64,000 nt of DNA, taken from positions 352,001 to 416,000 of the forward strand of contig CAWJTV010000019.1 in NCBI GenBank assembly GCA_963845755.1. The letters run 5' to 3'. This document shows positions 9,387 to 20,996 of this stretch, piece after piece. Both the position numbers and the translations under genes were made by a program. Source of the DNA: an uncultured Planctomycetota bacterium (GTDB taxonomy: Bacteria > Planctomycetota > Planctomycetia > Isosphaerales > Isosphaeraceae). The notes beneath the pieces were generated by a model, which ran no database searches, was not told the origin of the DNA, and worked only from the letters and a program-made list of their open reading frames with translations. Each line of letters starts with the position of its first letter. Position 1 is the first letter of the stretch.

Positions 9387-11910
9387 TCAGTCGGGCTTTG
9401 TCGTCTTGCTCGAAGGCATGGACAGAGAACTGCTCTTTGGGCTCTGTTTCAGCTTTGGCTTATTTGCACGACGATAGGCGTCGGGGTTAAGCGACAACAT
9501 CCTCTGCTTGTCCTTGATCTGCGAGAAGGCTTTCTTGCAAAACTCGGATGGTCCGATGAATAGAGGGGCTTTCCTCTGCTCCTTCAGGGCTTTGATCGCA
9601 TTCGTGACCTCCGTGTCCTTCTTCAGTTCCTCGTACTCCTGTGAGACTTTGTCGAAAATCGGTTTCAGCTTGTTGCTCTCCTCATAGAACTCCGCCCTCC
9701 TCGTCAGGAAGATCTCGCTGAGCCTGTCAATCCTGGCCTGACCTGGCCGACGCTTCACGGCGATTGCGAATTCCCGATTGGTGTTTCTCAGATTCGCGTC
9801 CGCAGCTTGTCGCTCCTGCTGCAGAGCCTGGCGGGCCGGCGCAGTCGCGGGATTACTCGGCAGGTTCCTGAGCTGCAAGTCCAGGTCATTGATGTAGGAT
9901 TGTAGGTTGATCCGTAGATCGTCGAGGCCCTGGACAAAGTTCTCGATCTGCACGGCCTGGGTCAGATCACTCCAGGCCCCTTCCGTCGCCTTCCAGTAGG
10001 GGACGAGCCTATCGTATCCGTCCCGGACCTGGTATTCCGTCGCGATGACGTAGAAGCGCCCTTCTTGCTTCAGGCCGTGTTTGGCAAGCAGGATGGCCTC
10101 GGGGGAGGAATCTTCGGACGATGGCTTGTCCTCGAGTTTTGCCTTCGAATCGAGAGTTTGGATCGGAGTAGGAACGGGTTTGGAGTCCGCGGGCTGCTCC
10201 TTCGCGGTCAGATTCGTACCGTTCTGAAGGCCCTCGTCGACGCGGCGCGTGTTCTCCGAATCGAAGCTCGCGACGACTTTCCGATCATGGCTCGCTGGTT
10301 TCGCCTTAGGTGACTCTGGGTCCGAGGGAATCGGATCCCACCGGTCCTTATCTCCGGCGCGGGGCGTCTCGGGCGGCCGTTCTCGCAGTGCCCGGATGGC
10401 CGGTCTTCCGAGTCGAGGTGGCCAGGGATGGAAGCGAATCGCTCTCGCCCTGATTCGTCTTCGAGTCGATGCTCAACTTCCAACCCACGGCGATCCCGAT
10501 GACCAGTAGGGCAGCGGCGGCCAGGGGCCACAACCAGGCCGGAACGCCTCGGCGTTCGCGCAGGGCGCGGACTTCCGCCGACAGGTCGGCTTGCGGATTG
10601 ATCTCGACGAGCGTGTCCCAGGCGGAATCGGGCGGCGTTGACGGTTTCGCCACCACCACTGCGGGGTCCAGTGATACGACCCTCGTCGTCGGCGCCGGAG
10701 CCTGATCCGCCCCACGCGATTGCGGGACGGGTGGCGGCGCATCGCCCCGGGAGAGCTCCGGCTTCGATGGCTGAGACGCCGCGGTCTCTTTCTTGAGGAA
10801 TGGGATCAGCGCCTGCGCCAGTCCCTTGGGTGTCTGGAACCGACGCTCCGGCTCCTTGGCCAGCATCGTGGCCACGAGGACCGCCAGCTCCATCGGCACG
10901 TCAGGACGCACGAGGTTCAATAGCGGCGCGTCCATCGAGTGGTGTGCCTGGTAAATCTCGTAGAGCGTCGTGGCCTGGAACGGTGGGCGACCCGTGAGCA
11001 ATTCGTAGAACGTACAGCCCAGGCTGTAGATGTCGGCGCGGATATCGGCCTGCCGGGCGTCGTTGATCTGCTCCGGGGCGATGTACTCGGGCGTACCCAG
11101 CCACTGGCCCGCGGCCGTGAGCGAACCGTCCGCGGTCCGTTCGCGTTTCACCTTGGCCAGGCCGAAGTCGAGGATCTTGACCACCGCGCGATTCCCGAAG
11201 CGGACGAGCATGAGGTTGCTGGGCTTGATATCGCGGTGGACCATGCCCAGCTCATGGGCGTACTGGAGCCCGAGCGCCGCCTGGTGGATGAAATAGCATG
11301 CGTGGACCACCGACAGCGGCCCCTTGGTCTTGACCGTCCTGGCCAGGTCGAGGCCCTCGACATACTCCATGGCCAGCACGAGGTTTTCGTCGAATCGGAG
11401 TGCCGAGTAGGCCGTGACGATGTTGGGGTGGTGTAGACGGGCGGCGTTGCGGATCTCGGCGAGGAAGCGGTCCATGACGCCAGGGCGGTTGATGAGGTGG
11501 CTGCTGACGACCTTCAACACCTCCTGGCGACCCATCAGCTTGTTCTGAGCGAGATAAACGACTCCCATGCCGCCGCGGCCCAGTTCTCGAAGGATTTCAT
11601 AGTCGGGGTGATTGAGCAGGCCCGGAGGTAACGTGTTGGCCGATTCCGGAATCGGTGAGCAGGCCCCGCCCGCGTTCGTCGCCGGGCCGTTGGTCGCCGA
11701 GTTGACCGGAGTGGGCGAGCCGGAGTTTTCCTGGGCGTCGCGAGGCCGACTCAGGAAGCTATCGGATGAGAGCTCGGCGACCCGGTGCCGGCAATCCGGG
11801 CATGTCTCCAGGTGTTTGTTGACAGCATCGGCCAGGAGGTCTTCGAGCTTGCCCAGGCCGTAAGCGTACAGCGTCGGGCCGGTCGGATGGTTCGCTTGCG
11901 TTGCGTTCAT
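9387..11910 (-). CDS. ZAS-Ser/Thr kinase 3 with TM helix and coiled-coil-like C-terminus (frameshift near 10370)
   Basis: HLETCPDC, GRGGMGVV, HRDIKPSN, DFG, TM helix WPLAAAALLVIGIAVGW. Helical ORF 9387..9953 appears to be its shifted C-terminus. Confidence 0.8.
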
Positions 11911-11975
11911 GAGATCGGTCTCCAACCTCGAGTCCGGATCGTGATTGATGGATCGATGACTCACACAAGATAGGA

Positions 11976-12007
11976 AGGCGGTCAAAACGCGGGACCTGCC
12001 GCGAAAA
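11976..12007 (-). promoter_or_regulatory. Conserved kinase-upstream motif copy B
   Basis: Minus strand TTTTCGCGGCAGGTCCCGCGTTTTGACCGCCT. Confidence 0.5.
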
Positions 12008-12408
12008 CAGAAATTCTTTTCGAAGGATGTTCCTGATCGTCTGGTGACAGGCCAAGCCATCTGCCATAAGTGTTTTCCAAGGCGGTTGATCAGCCGGCTA
12101 TGGAATTCGTGGTCCCTCGGCCGACGGCTCGGGTATTCGGAACCGCGAACCTGACCCCCCGGTCAAGCCTGAGTTGACCCACGGCTCGTTCACAGGCACT
12201 CCCACACCGTACTACTGCCACGCGAGAAGCACGCATGGGTCGATGATTCGCTGCGAGCGGTTCTCTTCTCGGCGGCGGATCTCCCCGGTAAGATTACGAA
12301 GCACCTATACACGACACTGCGGAATGGACTTTCTCTGGACGTGGACTTCAGTCACACTCGCATCCGTACGGTGCGAGGACTGTTCTTGCCAGGTCGTCTC
12401 GCCAAGCG

Positions 12409-12440
12409 AGACGCCGGAAGCGCGGGACGTGCCGCGAAAA
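12409..12440 (-). promoter_or_regulatory. Motif copy C immediately after the ECF stop codon
   Basis: Minus strand TTTTCGCGGCACGTCCCGCGCTTCCGGCGTCT, overlapping a CGTCTCGC-TTG-GCGAGACG hairpin. Confidence 0.45.
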
Positions 12441-12447
12441 CGCGCGA

Positions 12448-13030
12448 TTATTCGAGGAGGTCGCCGGCTTCTTGCCGTAACCGCTTGAGGATCCTGGACT
12501 TGGCCTGAAGGACGGCGTTCTCGGTGAGCCCCAGTTCCTCGGCCACGCGCGCGGCTGGGAGGCCTTCCAGGGTGAAGCGGCGGAATGCTTCCCAGGTGGT
12601 CGGCTGGAAGTCATCGTGGACGATCGCGATCAGCCGCTCGAACACGTGCCGGTCGTGGTCCTGATCCCACTCGCGGGCCAGTTCGCTGTTCGGCGCTTCC
12701 AGACGGTCCAGGAATCCGTCGGCCGGGTCCAGTCCGACGGCCGGCAATCGTCGCCGGCGCCTGCCGATGACTGCGGGTCTTGTTCACCGTGACCTGCCGG
12801 AGCCAGGCGCGGAAGGAGCCCTCGCGCCGACGCTCGAACCGGGGAAGCTCGCGGACCACGACGAGGAAGACCTCCTGGGCCAGGTCTTCGGCCTCGTCGC
12901 CGAGGCCCGGCACCCGCAACAGCCAGCGCCGGATCAGCGGCAGGTAGATCTCCTGGAGCCGTCGCCAGTCCGAACCATCCGGCCCGGCTGCTTTGAGCCG
13001 ATCCAGCAGACTGACGGACGTCAGAGTCAC
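12448..13030 (-). CDS. ECF sigma-70 factor, kinase-associated planctomycete type (frameshift near 12760)
   Basis: TSVSLLDRL, DEAEDLAQEVF, SFRAWLRQV (region 2); VAEELGLTENAVLQAKSRILKRLR (region 4). TATAAT upstream at 13077-13082. Confidence 0.88.
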
Positions 13031-13237
13031 CGGCGATGTCCTGATTGAAATTTGTGAGATCGCGATTTGAACGGGCATTATAGGCCGATGCACGGAGAAA
13101 TGCATCATGCGAGTCGGACGAATCCCAGGTCGTGAGAGCACTTCAATGGACGAGATCAAGCATGCATTATCAAATAATAGATTGAATATTGACATTTTTA
13201 TCGAACTTATACGGATTCATCGAGATCCTGGCTGTTC

Positions 13238-13264
13238 CACCTGTTCCTCCACCTGTTTTCAGGT
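13238..13264 (-). repeat. 27-bp element with AACAGGTGG subrepeats, left copy
   Basis: Reverse complement ACCTGAAAACAGGTGGAGGAACAGGTG matches 20776-20802 at 24/27. Confidence 0.7.
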
Positions 13265-13692
13265 CCGCGGTCCCCGCGGGCGCCGCATCGCGTCCACTCC
13301 GCGGTGTACGCCTTGGGCGGTGGGGCTCGAATAGAAAACCCGGACCGAATGAGGCTCAACCACCCTCGTTTTGCCGTTCGGGCACCATCTCCCCGCCGGG
13401 GAGGGGAGGACGAGCCTCCTCCCAAGCCGAAGGACTTCGTCGAGCCGACCCGTGATCGTCCGGCGCGATCCTCCCGGAGCGTGGATCTCCGAATCTCCGA
13501 TCGAATTCAGGAAACGCTCTTGACCGTATTCCAGGGAACGGCTAAGTTCCGCCCGCCGTCGGCTCATCTCGGCTCGGCGGCCGTCCGTCTCACAGGGACG
13601 TGGGTGGGCGAGGTTGTCGCGAACGACGCGGCTGGGTTCTCGAGTCGCGTCCGGGGGTTCTCCCCGACCGCTGCGCAAGGAGGCAGGTTCAC

Positions 13693-15786
13693 ATGCGGCG
13701 AACGATACCCACGCCGCCCCTGGGCTCTCGGAGCCCTGGTCGCGATCGCGGTGCTGGCGCTGATACTCCACCCGCTCGGTGCCGCGCCCACCAAGAAGAA
13801 GAAGAAATCGATCCCGCCCAAGGTCCAGGAGACCGTCGGCGACATTGCCTTCGTGGTCAGCGTCGGCGAGATGAAGGTCGAGGGCGTGGGCCTGGTCACC
13901 GGCCTGGATAATTCCGGGGTCGATGCGCCGCCGTCGTCGTACCGCAAGGAGCTGCTCGACGAGATGACCAAGGTCGGAATCGAGAAGCCCGAGCGGATCC
14001 TGGCCAACCCTCAGGTCTCCATGGTGATCGTGCGGATGACCATCCCCATGGGGGTCGATCCTACCGACAGGCTCGACGTCCAGGTGGAAGTCCCGCCGGC
14101 CTGCGGGACCAAGAGCCTGGCCGGCGGCTACCTGCTGACCAGCCGGCTCTTCGGCGTGGCCAGGGGACGGGGCGGCGAGGTGTTGAAGGACCACGAGATG
14201 GGCCTGGCGCAGGGACCGATCATGATCGGCAACCCCGGCAAGCCCAACGATCCCAAGGTCGGCCGCGTGCTGGGCGGGGGCCGGGTCAAGAAGGACTATC
14301 CTTATACCCTCGTCATCAAGGAGAACCGCGAGAGCTATCATACCTCCAAGCTGCTCGAGACCGTCGTCAACACCCGCTTCCATCAGACCGAAGACGGGCA
14401 TCAGAAAGGCGTGGCGACCGGGAAAACCGCCAGCTACCTGGTCCTGAGAGTGCCCGCGCTGTACCACCAGAACCAGCCGCGTTATTTCCGCGTCGTGCAG
14501 CTCTTGCCGATGGTCGATGGGCCCGAACTGCGGGTGCGCCGGCTGGCGATCTGGAGCAAGGAACTGCTGGATCCCAAGATGGCGGGCGTGGCGGCCTTGA
14601 AACTCGAGGGACTCGGCAAGTCGTCGGTCAACGCGCTCAAGGAGGGCCTGAAGAGCCCCAATGACCAGGTCCGGTTCTTCTCCGCCGAGGCGCTGGCCTA
14701 TCTCGGCGACACCGCCGGTGTCGACGTGCTGGGCGAGACCGTCCTCCGCCAGCCGAAATTCCGGGTGTATGGGCTGGCGGCCCTGGCCTCGTTGGATCAG
14801 GCCGCATCGCACATGAAACTGCGCAAGCTGATGGATGAGGCCGACATCGAGGTTCGTTACGGGGCCTTCAACGCGCTGCGGACGCTCGACCCGCGTGACC
14901 CGTTCCTGGGCCAGGTCCGCGTGCTCAAGGAGGCGAAGCCGGACGACGAGGCGGAAGAGCCGGCCGATTCGATGGCACTGGAGATCGCCCACGCGGCCCG
15001 GCGCCGCGCCGTGCCTCGGACCCCTTCGCACTGTACGTCGTCGACTCCGAGGGTCCCCCCCTGGTCCACGTGTCGCGGAGCCGTCGGGCCGAGGTCGTCA
15101 TCTTCGGCCGGCAGCAGAAGCTGCTGACTCCGATCGTCCTGGGCAGCGAGAGTGGCGCGTTCCAGCTCAACGCCGCCGACAACGACGATAAGGTGGAGCT
15201 GAGCAAGATCGTCGCCAACCCGTACGGCGTGTCCGACTCCAAGGTGGCCGCCTCGCTGGAACTGGCCGAAGTGATCCGTCAGGCCGCCAACCTCGGTGCG
15301 GCTTATCCCGAGATCGTCAGCATCCTGGAGAACGCCAACCGCCAGAAGAACCTGCCTGGCCTTCTGGTCGTTGATGCCGTACCCGCCCCGAGCACCGTCT
15401 ACCTCGAAGCCATCATGGGCCGGGACACCACGGCGAAACGCGACGATACCGTCAGCCGGACCTCCGAGGAGACGACCCGAGCGCGGTGGCGGATCTTGGG
15501 GCTGTTCCGTCGCAACGCCGACACCAATCCCGCCTCACCCTCGTCGCAAGGTCCCGCTAGTCAGCCCGATTCGCCCAACCCGTCGAGTTCCAAGCCAACT
15601 GCCTCCTCCGCAACGGTCGCCAAGACCGATCCGAAAGCGTCGGAGAACGCTAAGAAAAGCAGTGTGCCGACGACCCCAGCCACCGCCAAGTCCGATGACG
15701 CGGTGCAGAAGACTGCGGCCGATGCACCTCAGCCGCCGCCCCGGCGCCGGCTCCTCGATTTCTTCCGGCGCGGTGATGATGAGTGA
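13693..15786 (+). CDS. Flagellar P-ring FlgI-like protein with HEAT-like repeats (frameshifts near 13720 and 15015)
   Basis: GGAGG then ATG 13693, signal peptide, VEGVGLVTGLDNSG, LDVQV...KSLAGGYL (FlgI motifs), HEAT-like VRFFSAEALAYLG. Confidence 0.75.
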
Positions 15787-16576
15787 ATTCTCGCCGCCGC
15801 CGGCCCGATTGGACGGCGGAACGGCGAATTCATCCATAGCAACGAGACGGACTTGAGTGCCAATAGCTCCCGGAACACCGGAGTCCGGCGGACCCAGGGT
15901 CCCCTTGCCACGTATCAATGACAGAGGTCTCGGCTAACGATTGTTCCTGCACCCAGTCACGCTCCAACAGCCGAGAAGCCGGACTCTTGGACCGCCTCGC
16001 GAAAAATGTCTAATTTCGCGGTCAACGACGTAAGTCATGCCAGCCGTAGAGACTTCACAAGCCCAATACCCCCCAGGATCGGCCTGCATGGTTGGGCTAC
16101 CCCTGGCCCATCCTAAAGTCGCACGCTGTGCGGTTCGAATATTAGTCTTGACGGTCAGGTTCGCTACGTCAAGGAGGCAAGCGACACCTCCTTGGAGTAG
16201 TTCCCAACCCAGCCGTACCCCGCACGCACCAGAGCGGGGGCTCTCTAGACTTGATCGCAGTGGGGGTCGGGTTCCCCAACCCGGCAGTCCACACACGGGG
16301 CAGGGGCATGGGACATCCGTCCTGCGATTCACGGTCCGCTTGGGCCAGGGATGGCGGGATCGAGGTCGCGGGCCGCGCCCCGGGACGATCAAGGACGGGG
16401 GCGGGGTCGGAGCGAATGGCACGATGGCCTCTCTCGCGGCGACTCGCGCCTGTCCCAGGATGGCGCCGCGGCCTCACCGCCGAGTCGGGTTTGTGACCGC
16501 ACCGACAAGGTACCTTCCGGAGGGAGGAGGAAACCTCCGTGGCCTCGCACCGAACTGGGCGAGTGGAGTCCTCGAG

Positions 16577-17152
16577 ATGAAAAAGGTCTTTACAACCGGA
16601 CAGGTGGCGAAGATCTGCAAAGTCGCGCCTCGGACGGTGAGCAAGTGGTTCGACTCGGGCCGCTTGCGTGGTTATCGAATCCCCGGCTCGCAGGATCGTC
16701 GCATCCCGCGGGAGCACCTCCTGCGGTTCCTCAAGGAGCATGGAATGCCCTTGGGCGACCTCGAAGCCGAGGTTTATCATAAGGTCCTGGTAGTCGGCGC
16801 CGACGGGCCGCTCCAGGCCATCCTGCGCGAGCACCTTCGCGAGACCGACGATTTCCGTATCGAGACGGCCGCGTCGGGCTTCGAGGCGGGTATTCGCGCC
16901 GAGAGTTTCCACCCGGATTGCATCATCATCGATATGGCCCTGGGACGAATCGAAGCCGGTCAGATCGCTCAGAATCTTCGCAAGAGCCCGGACCATCAGG
17001 GTACGATCCTGCTGGCCCTGACCAGCGATGAGCCGGGTGACGAGACCTTCGCCCTCGGGTTCAACGACGGGTTCAAGAAGCCGTTCGACGGGGCGCTCCT
17101 GGCCGAACGCGTCCGCCGCTTGATCTCGCAGAAGAAGGCCGAGGAACCCTGA
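16577..17152 (+). CDS. Excisionase-like (HTH_17) DNA-binding response regulator
   Basis: MKKVFTTGQVAKICKVAPRTVSKWFDSG plus receiver-like domain (IIIDMAL, KKPFD). Confidence 0.88.
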   Translation: MKKVFTTGQVAKICKVAPRTVSKWFDSGRLRGYRIPGSQDRRIPREHLLRFLKEHGMPLGDLEAEVYHKVLVVGADGPLQAILREHLRETDDFRIETAASGFEAGIRAESFHPDCIIIDMALGRIEAGQIAQNLRKSPDHQGTILLALTSDEPGDETFALGFNDGFKKPFDGALLAERVRRLISQKKAEEP

Positions 17153-17445
17153 GGATTCCCCGAGCCGGACCGCTCGGGAAGGGATGACCTGCCGCGCCGA
17201 ATTCGAATCGAATCGAATCGATCGGAGCCGAGTCGCTCGGCCGCAGGCGCGGATGCGGCTGTTCCCTCCCGGGAGGACTACCCGGCCAGGACCTTCACGG
17301 CCACTCGCACAGCGTATCGGAATCGCTCCCGAGACCGAACCCCGAGACCGGCGAGCCCGAGTGCGCCGCTCCCCTCCACCGGACCAAATCCGGATGGGGA
17401 CGGCCCTCGGGCTCGATCGTTTTTTGGGGCAGGTTGTCGGACCGA

Positions 17446-17480
17446 GATTCAGGATTCAGGATTCGAGATTCAGGATTCAG
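17446..17480. repeat. Heptamer tandem repeat (GATTCAG) x5
   Basis: gattcag gattcag gattcga gattcag gattcag. Confidence 0.85.
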
Positions 17481-17652
17481 GAATGATTTAGGCATCTGAG
17501 GTGCCCGTCTGCGAATGGTTTTCACCTACCGCCCGCCGCCTACCGCCGGTTGCAGCCGAGGGCCGCGTTAGGGACACTAGAGGTGGGGTCGGCGGCCGCG
17601 GGTTCGCGAGTTCGCCGCGGGCCATCGCGTGGATTGCGGGAGCGATGCCAGG

Positions 17653-20600
17653 ATGTCGGGTCGGCGGGGTCGGCTGATCGTCTGGGTGATGTTGGGTCTG
17701 GCCATGGTAATTCTGGCCTCGTCGTTGGGGGCCGGCGCCGGCTGGCTGCGCGCGGTCGCGGAGGCTGGAACTGGCCGAGGCGCCAAGGAGCTGGCGGAGG
17801 GGCTGTTGGGCCTGGCACACCAGCGGCTGTCTCGGCTGGCGGAACGCTTCGGCGAAGACGGTGAGGTGCTCGTGCTCCTGGGCGAGTGCGAGCTGGAGCG
17901 GAGCCGAAAAGCTAGCGATCCGGAGCCGCAGCGCCTGGCCCGTGGGGCGGCGATGGCCGCCTGGGCCCGGGTCCCCTGGTCCAGCCCGTTTTACCCGCGC
18001 GCGCGTTGCTCCGCGCCACTCACTTGACCAACACCGGCCGGTACGCACCGGCCGAGGAGGCGCTCGTCAGTGCCCTGGCCATCGGACGGCTGAACGCGGG
18101 CGATCGGTATGAGCTGGAGCGTGCCTTGAGCCGGTTGTACCGGTTCCAGGGTCGGGTGGACGACGTCCGTCGCGTCCTCCGCGCCTCGTGGTGCCGATCG
18201 CCGGATCCCGCGGGCGTGCTCAAGGAGCTCTGGTTGCTCGACCGTTCACCCGTGCCCGTCGAGGCCATGCAGCGCTTCCTCGAACACGCCGACGACCAGG
18301 ACGATCGGGTGTGGCTGGGCCGGGCGAATCACGCCATCCTCACCGGCCGGTTCTCCGACGCGGCCGGCTGGCTCGAGCCGGCGTTGCAGCATCGGCCCGA
18401 GGACCCGGCGGTCTGGCGAGCCAAGCTCGCGCTGGCACGGGCGACCGACGACGTTGCCGGCCTCCGTTCGGCCGCCGCACATTTGCCCGCCGCCGACTTC
18501 GAGCCTGGCGTCATCCACGCACTCCGCGCCTGGCTGTCCGTCTCCCTGGGCCGGCAGGATCTCGAGCGCCACGAGCTGATCGAGCTGATCCAGGTCGCGC
18601 CGGGTGAGGCCTGGGCCATCGAGCGGTTGGCCGTCCTGACCTTCGAGGCAGGGCAGGTGCGCGAGTTTGAACAGTTCCGTCGTCGCAAGGCGGAGGTCGA
18701 CCGAGCCCAGGACCGAGTCCGAAGGATCCTCCTCGACGCCGACCTCTCGGCCCGCGCCGAGGAGCTGGCCCCGCTCTGCCGTGCGCTGGGCCGCGAGTTC
18801 GAGGCCCAAAGCTGGTCCCTCGTGCATGAGGCCCGGGGCCTCGCGCCCGCACGGCCGCCGGGCACCGGGACCAGCTCGGCCCCGGCGATGCCCCACGCGC
18901 TGCTCGACCGGGCGATCGCCCTCTCCGCGCCCTATGAGTCCGCCAGGCCGCGGGAATCCCGGGCCGGCACGCCGCCGCTCTCGGACCGGATGGCCGATCT
19001 CCGCGCGCGGGACGTGGCACCTCGCGAGCGGTCGGGGACCCCGCGGGATCTCCACGCCACTCGCCCCGCGCCCCGCTTCGTCGACGACGCCGAGGCAACC
19101 GGCCTCCGCTTCGCCTTTGACAACGGGCAGACGGTGCGGCACCTCCTCCCCGAGACCATGTCGGGGGGCGTGGCCTTGCTCGACTTCGATAGCGACGGCT
19201 GGCTCGATGTGTACTGCGTTCAGGGCGGATCGCTTTCGGCCGGGGCCGGCAAAGAACCGGCGGGAACGGGCACCCCCGCGCCAGGCGACCGGCTCTTCCG
19301 CAACCGAGGCAACGGCCGCTTCGACGACGTCACCGAATCCTCCCGGATCGCGGCGATTGCCTGGGGACGCGGTTACGGGCTGGGCGTGTCGGTCGGCGAC
19401 TACGACAACGACGGCGACCCCGATCTATTCGTGACCCGTCTGGCGAGCTATGCGTTGTATCGCAACCGCGGCAATGGGACCTTCGAGGACGCGACCATAG
19501 CGGCGGGACTGGCCGGACGCCGTGACAACCCGACTTCCGCGGCATTCGCCGACCTGGACAACGACGGCGACCTGGACCTATATGTCTGCCATTACATGTT
19601 GTGGGACCCCGAGAATCCGCGCACCTGCTTGAACGACGTCGGCGAATACTTCTATTGCGATCCCAGCAAGGTCGAGCCGGCGCCGGACCATCTCTTCCGC
19701 AACGACGTCGGCCGGTTCGTAGACGTGACTGAGGCCGCCGGCCTGGCTGACATCCAGGGCCGCGGCCTGGGTGTCGTCGCCGCCGATCTCGACGACGATC
19801 ATCTCATCGACCTCTACATCGCCAACGATGGCACAGCCAACTACCTGTATCGCAACAAGGGGGGCTTTCGATTCGAGGACGTGGCGCTCGAGGCCGGCGT
19901 GGCCGGCAGCGCCTCGGGCGGCTACCAGGCCGGCATGGGCGTGGCCTGCGGCGATCTCGACGGCGACGGCCGCCTCGACCTGCTGGTGACCAACTTCTAC
20001 GGCGAAGGGACCACGCTCTACCGGAATCTGGGCCAGGGGCTCTTCGCCGATCGCAGCAGTGCGTCGGGCCTCGGGCTGGCCTCGCGCTACCTGCTCGGCT
20101 TCGGCATCGGGCTGGCCGACGTCGGCAATGTCGGACGGCCCGACGTGCTGATCACCAACGGACACGTCAACGATCGACGGCCGTTCTTCCCTTATGCCAT
20201 GCCGTGCCGGTTGTATCAGAACCGGCCGGATGGTCGGCTGGTTGACATCTCGCGGGAGGCCGGTGATCCGTGGCAAGCGGCGCGCGTCGGCCGCGGCCTG
20301 GCCGTGGGCGACCTCGACAATGACGGCCGGCCCGACGCCCTGATCCTCGCTCAGAACGAGCCCCTGGCCTATTTCCACAACCAGAGCGAGCACGTCGGGC
20401 GATTCGTGGTTTTCCGGCTCGAGGGCACGGCCTCCAACCGTGACGGCGTCGGCGCCCGGCTGACCATCCAGTCCGGCGGCCGCCGCCAGGTGGCGCACCG
20501 CGTCGGCGGGAGCAGTTATCAATCGGCCAACGACCCTCGAATTCATTTCGGACTGGGCGAGAGCGACCGGGTCGATGCCGTCGAGGTGCGATGGCCCTCC

Positions 20601-20708
20601 GGCAAGGTGGATCGCCACGAGAACTTGCCCGCGGGCACGGGCTACCTGCTCCGTGAGGGCGATCCGAAGCCTCGACCCTTGCCCGGCGTTCGAGCGCTTC
20701 AGAGATGA
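17653..20708 (+). CDS. TPR plus FG-GAP/CRTAC1 (ASPIC/UnbV) family protein (frameshift near 18003)
   Basis: ETMSGGVALLDFDSDG, repeated DxDNDGDxDL, C-terminal NRDGVGAR...SYQS...HFGLG...VRWPSG. Confidence 0.88.
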
Positions 20709-20775
20709 GTTGCAATCGCCACAACGCGAGTCCGTCGCGTGGGCAACCCGAGCGTGAGGCGCTCGAGAGCCGTCC

Positions 20776-20802
20776 ACCTGAGAACAGGTGGAATAACAGG
20801 TG
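20776..20802 (+). repeat. 27-bp element, right copy, followed by imperfect palindromes
   Basis: ACCTGAGAACAGGTGGAATAACAGGTG, then CGCAAGTC-N13-GAGTTGCG at about 20834-20862. Confidence 0.7.
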
Positions 20803-20996
20803 AGAGGCGATCCGGACAGAGGCGGGATATCTCCGCAAGTCATTGTGATTCATGGAGTTGCGCCAAGAGCGTGCGGAATTGCGCAAGCCGTTAGCCTACA
20901 GGAGTTTCGGGCCGTCTCCCACCCGGCTTTTTCCGGATCTCCTCTGAAACGACCGGGCGCCTGATCGATTCGAGTTGATGATACATACAGAATTTT

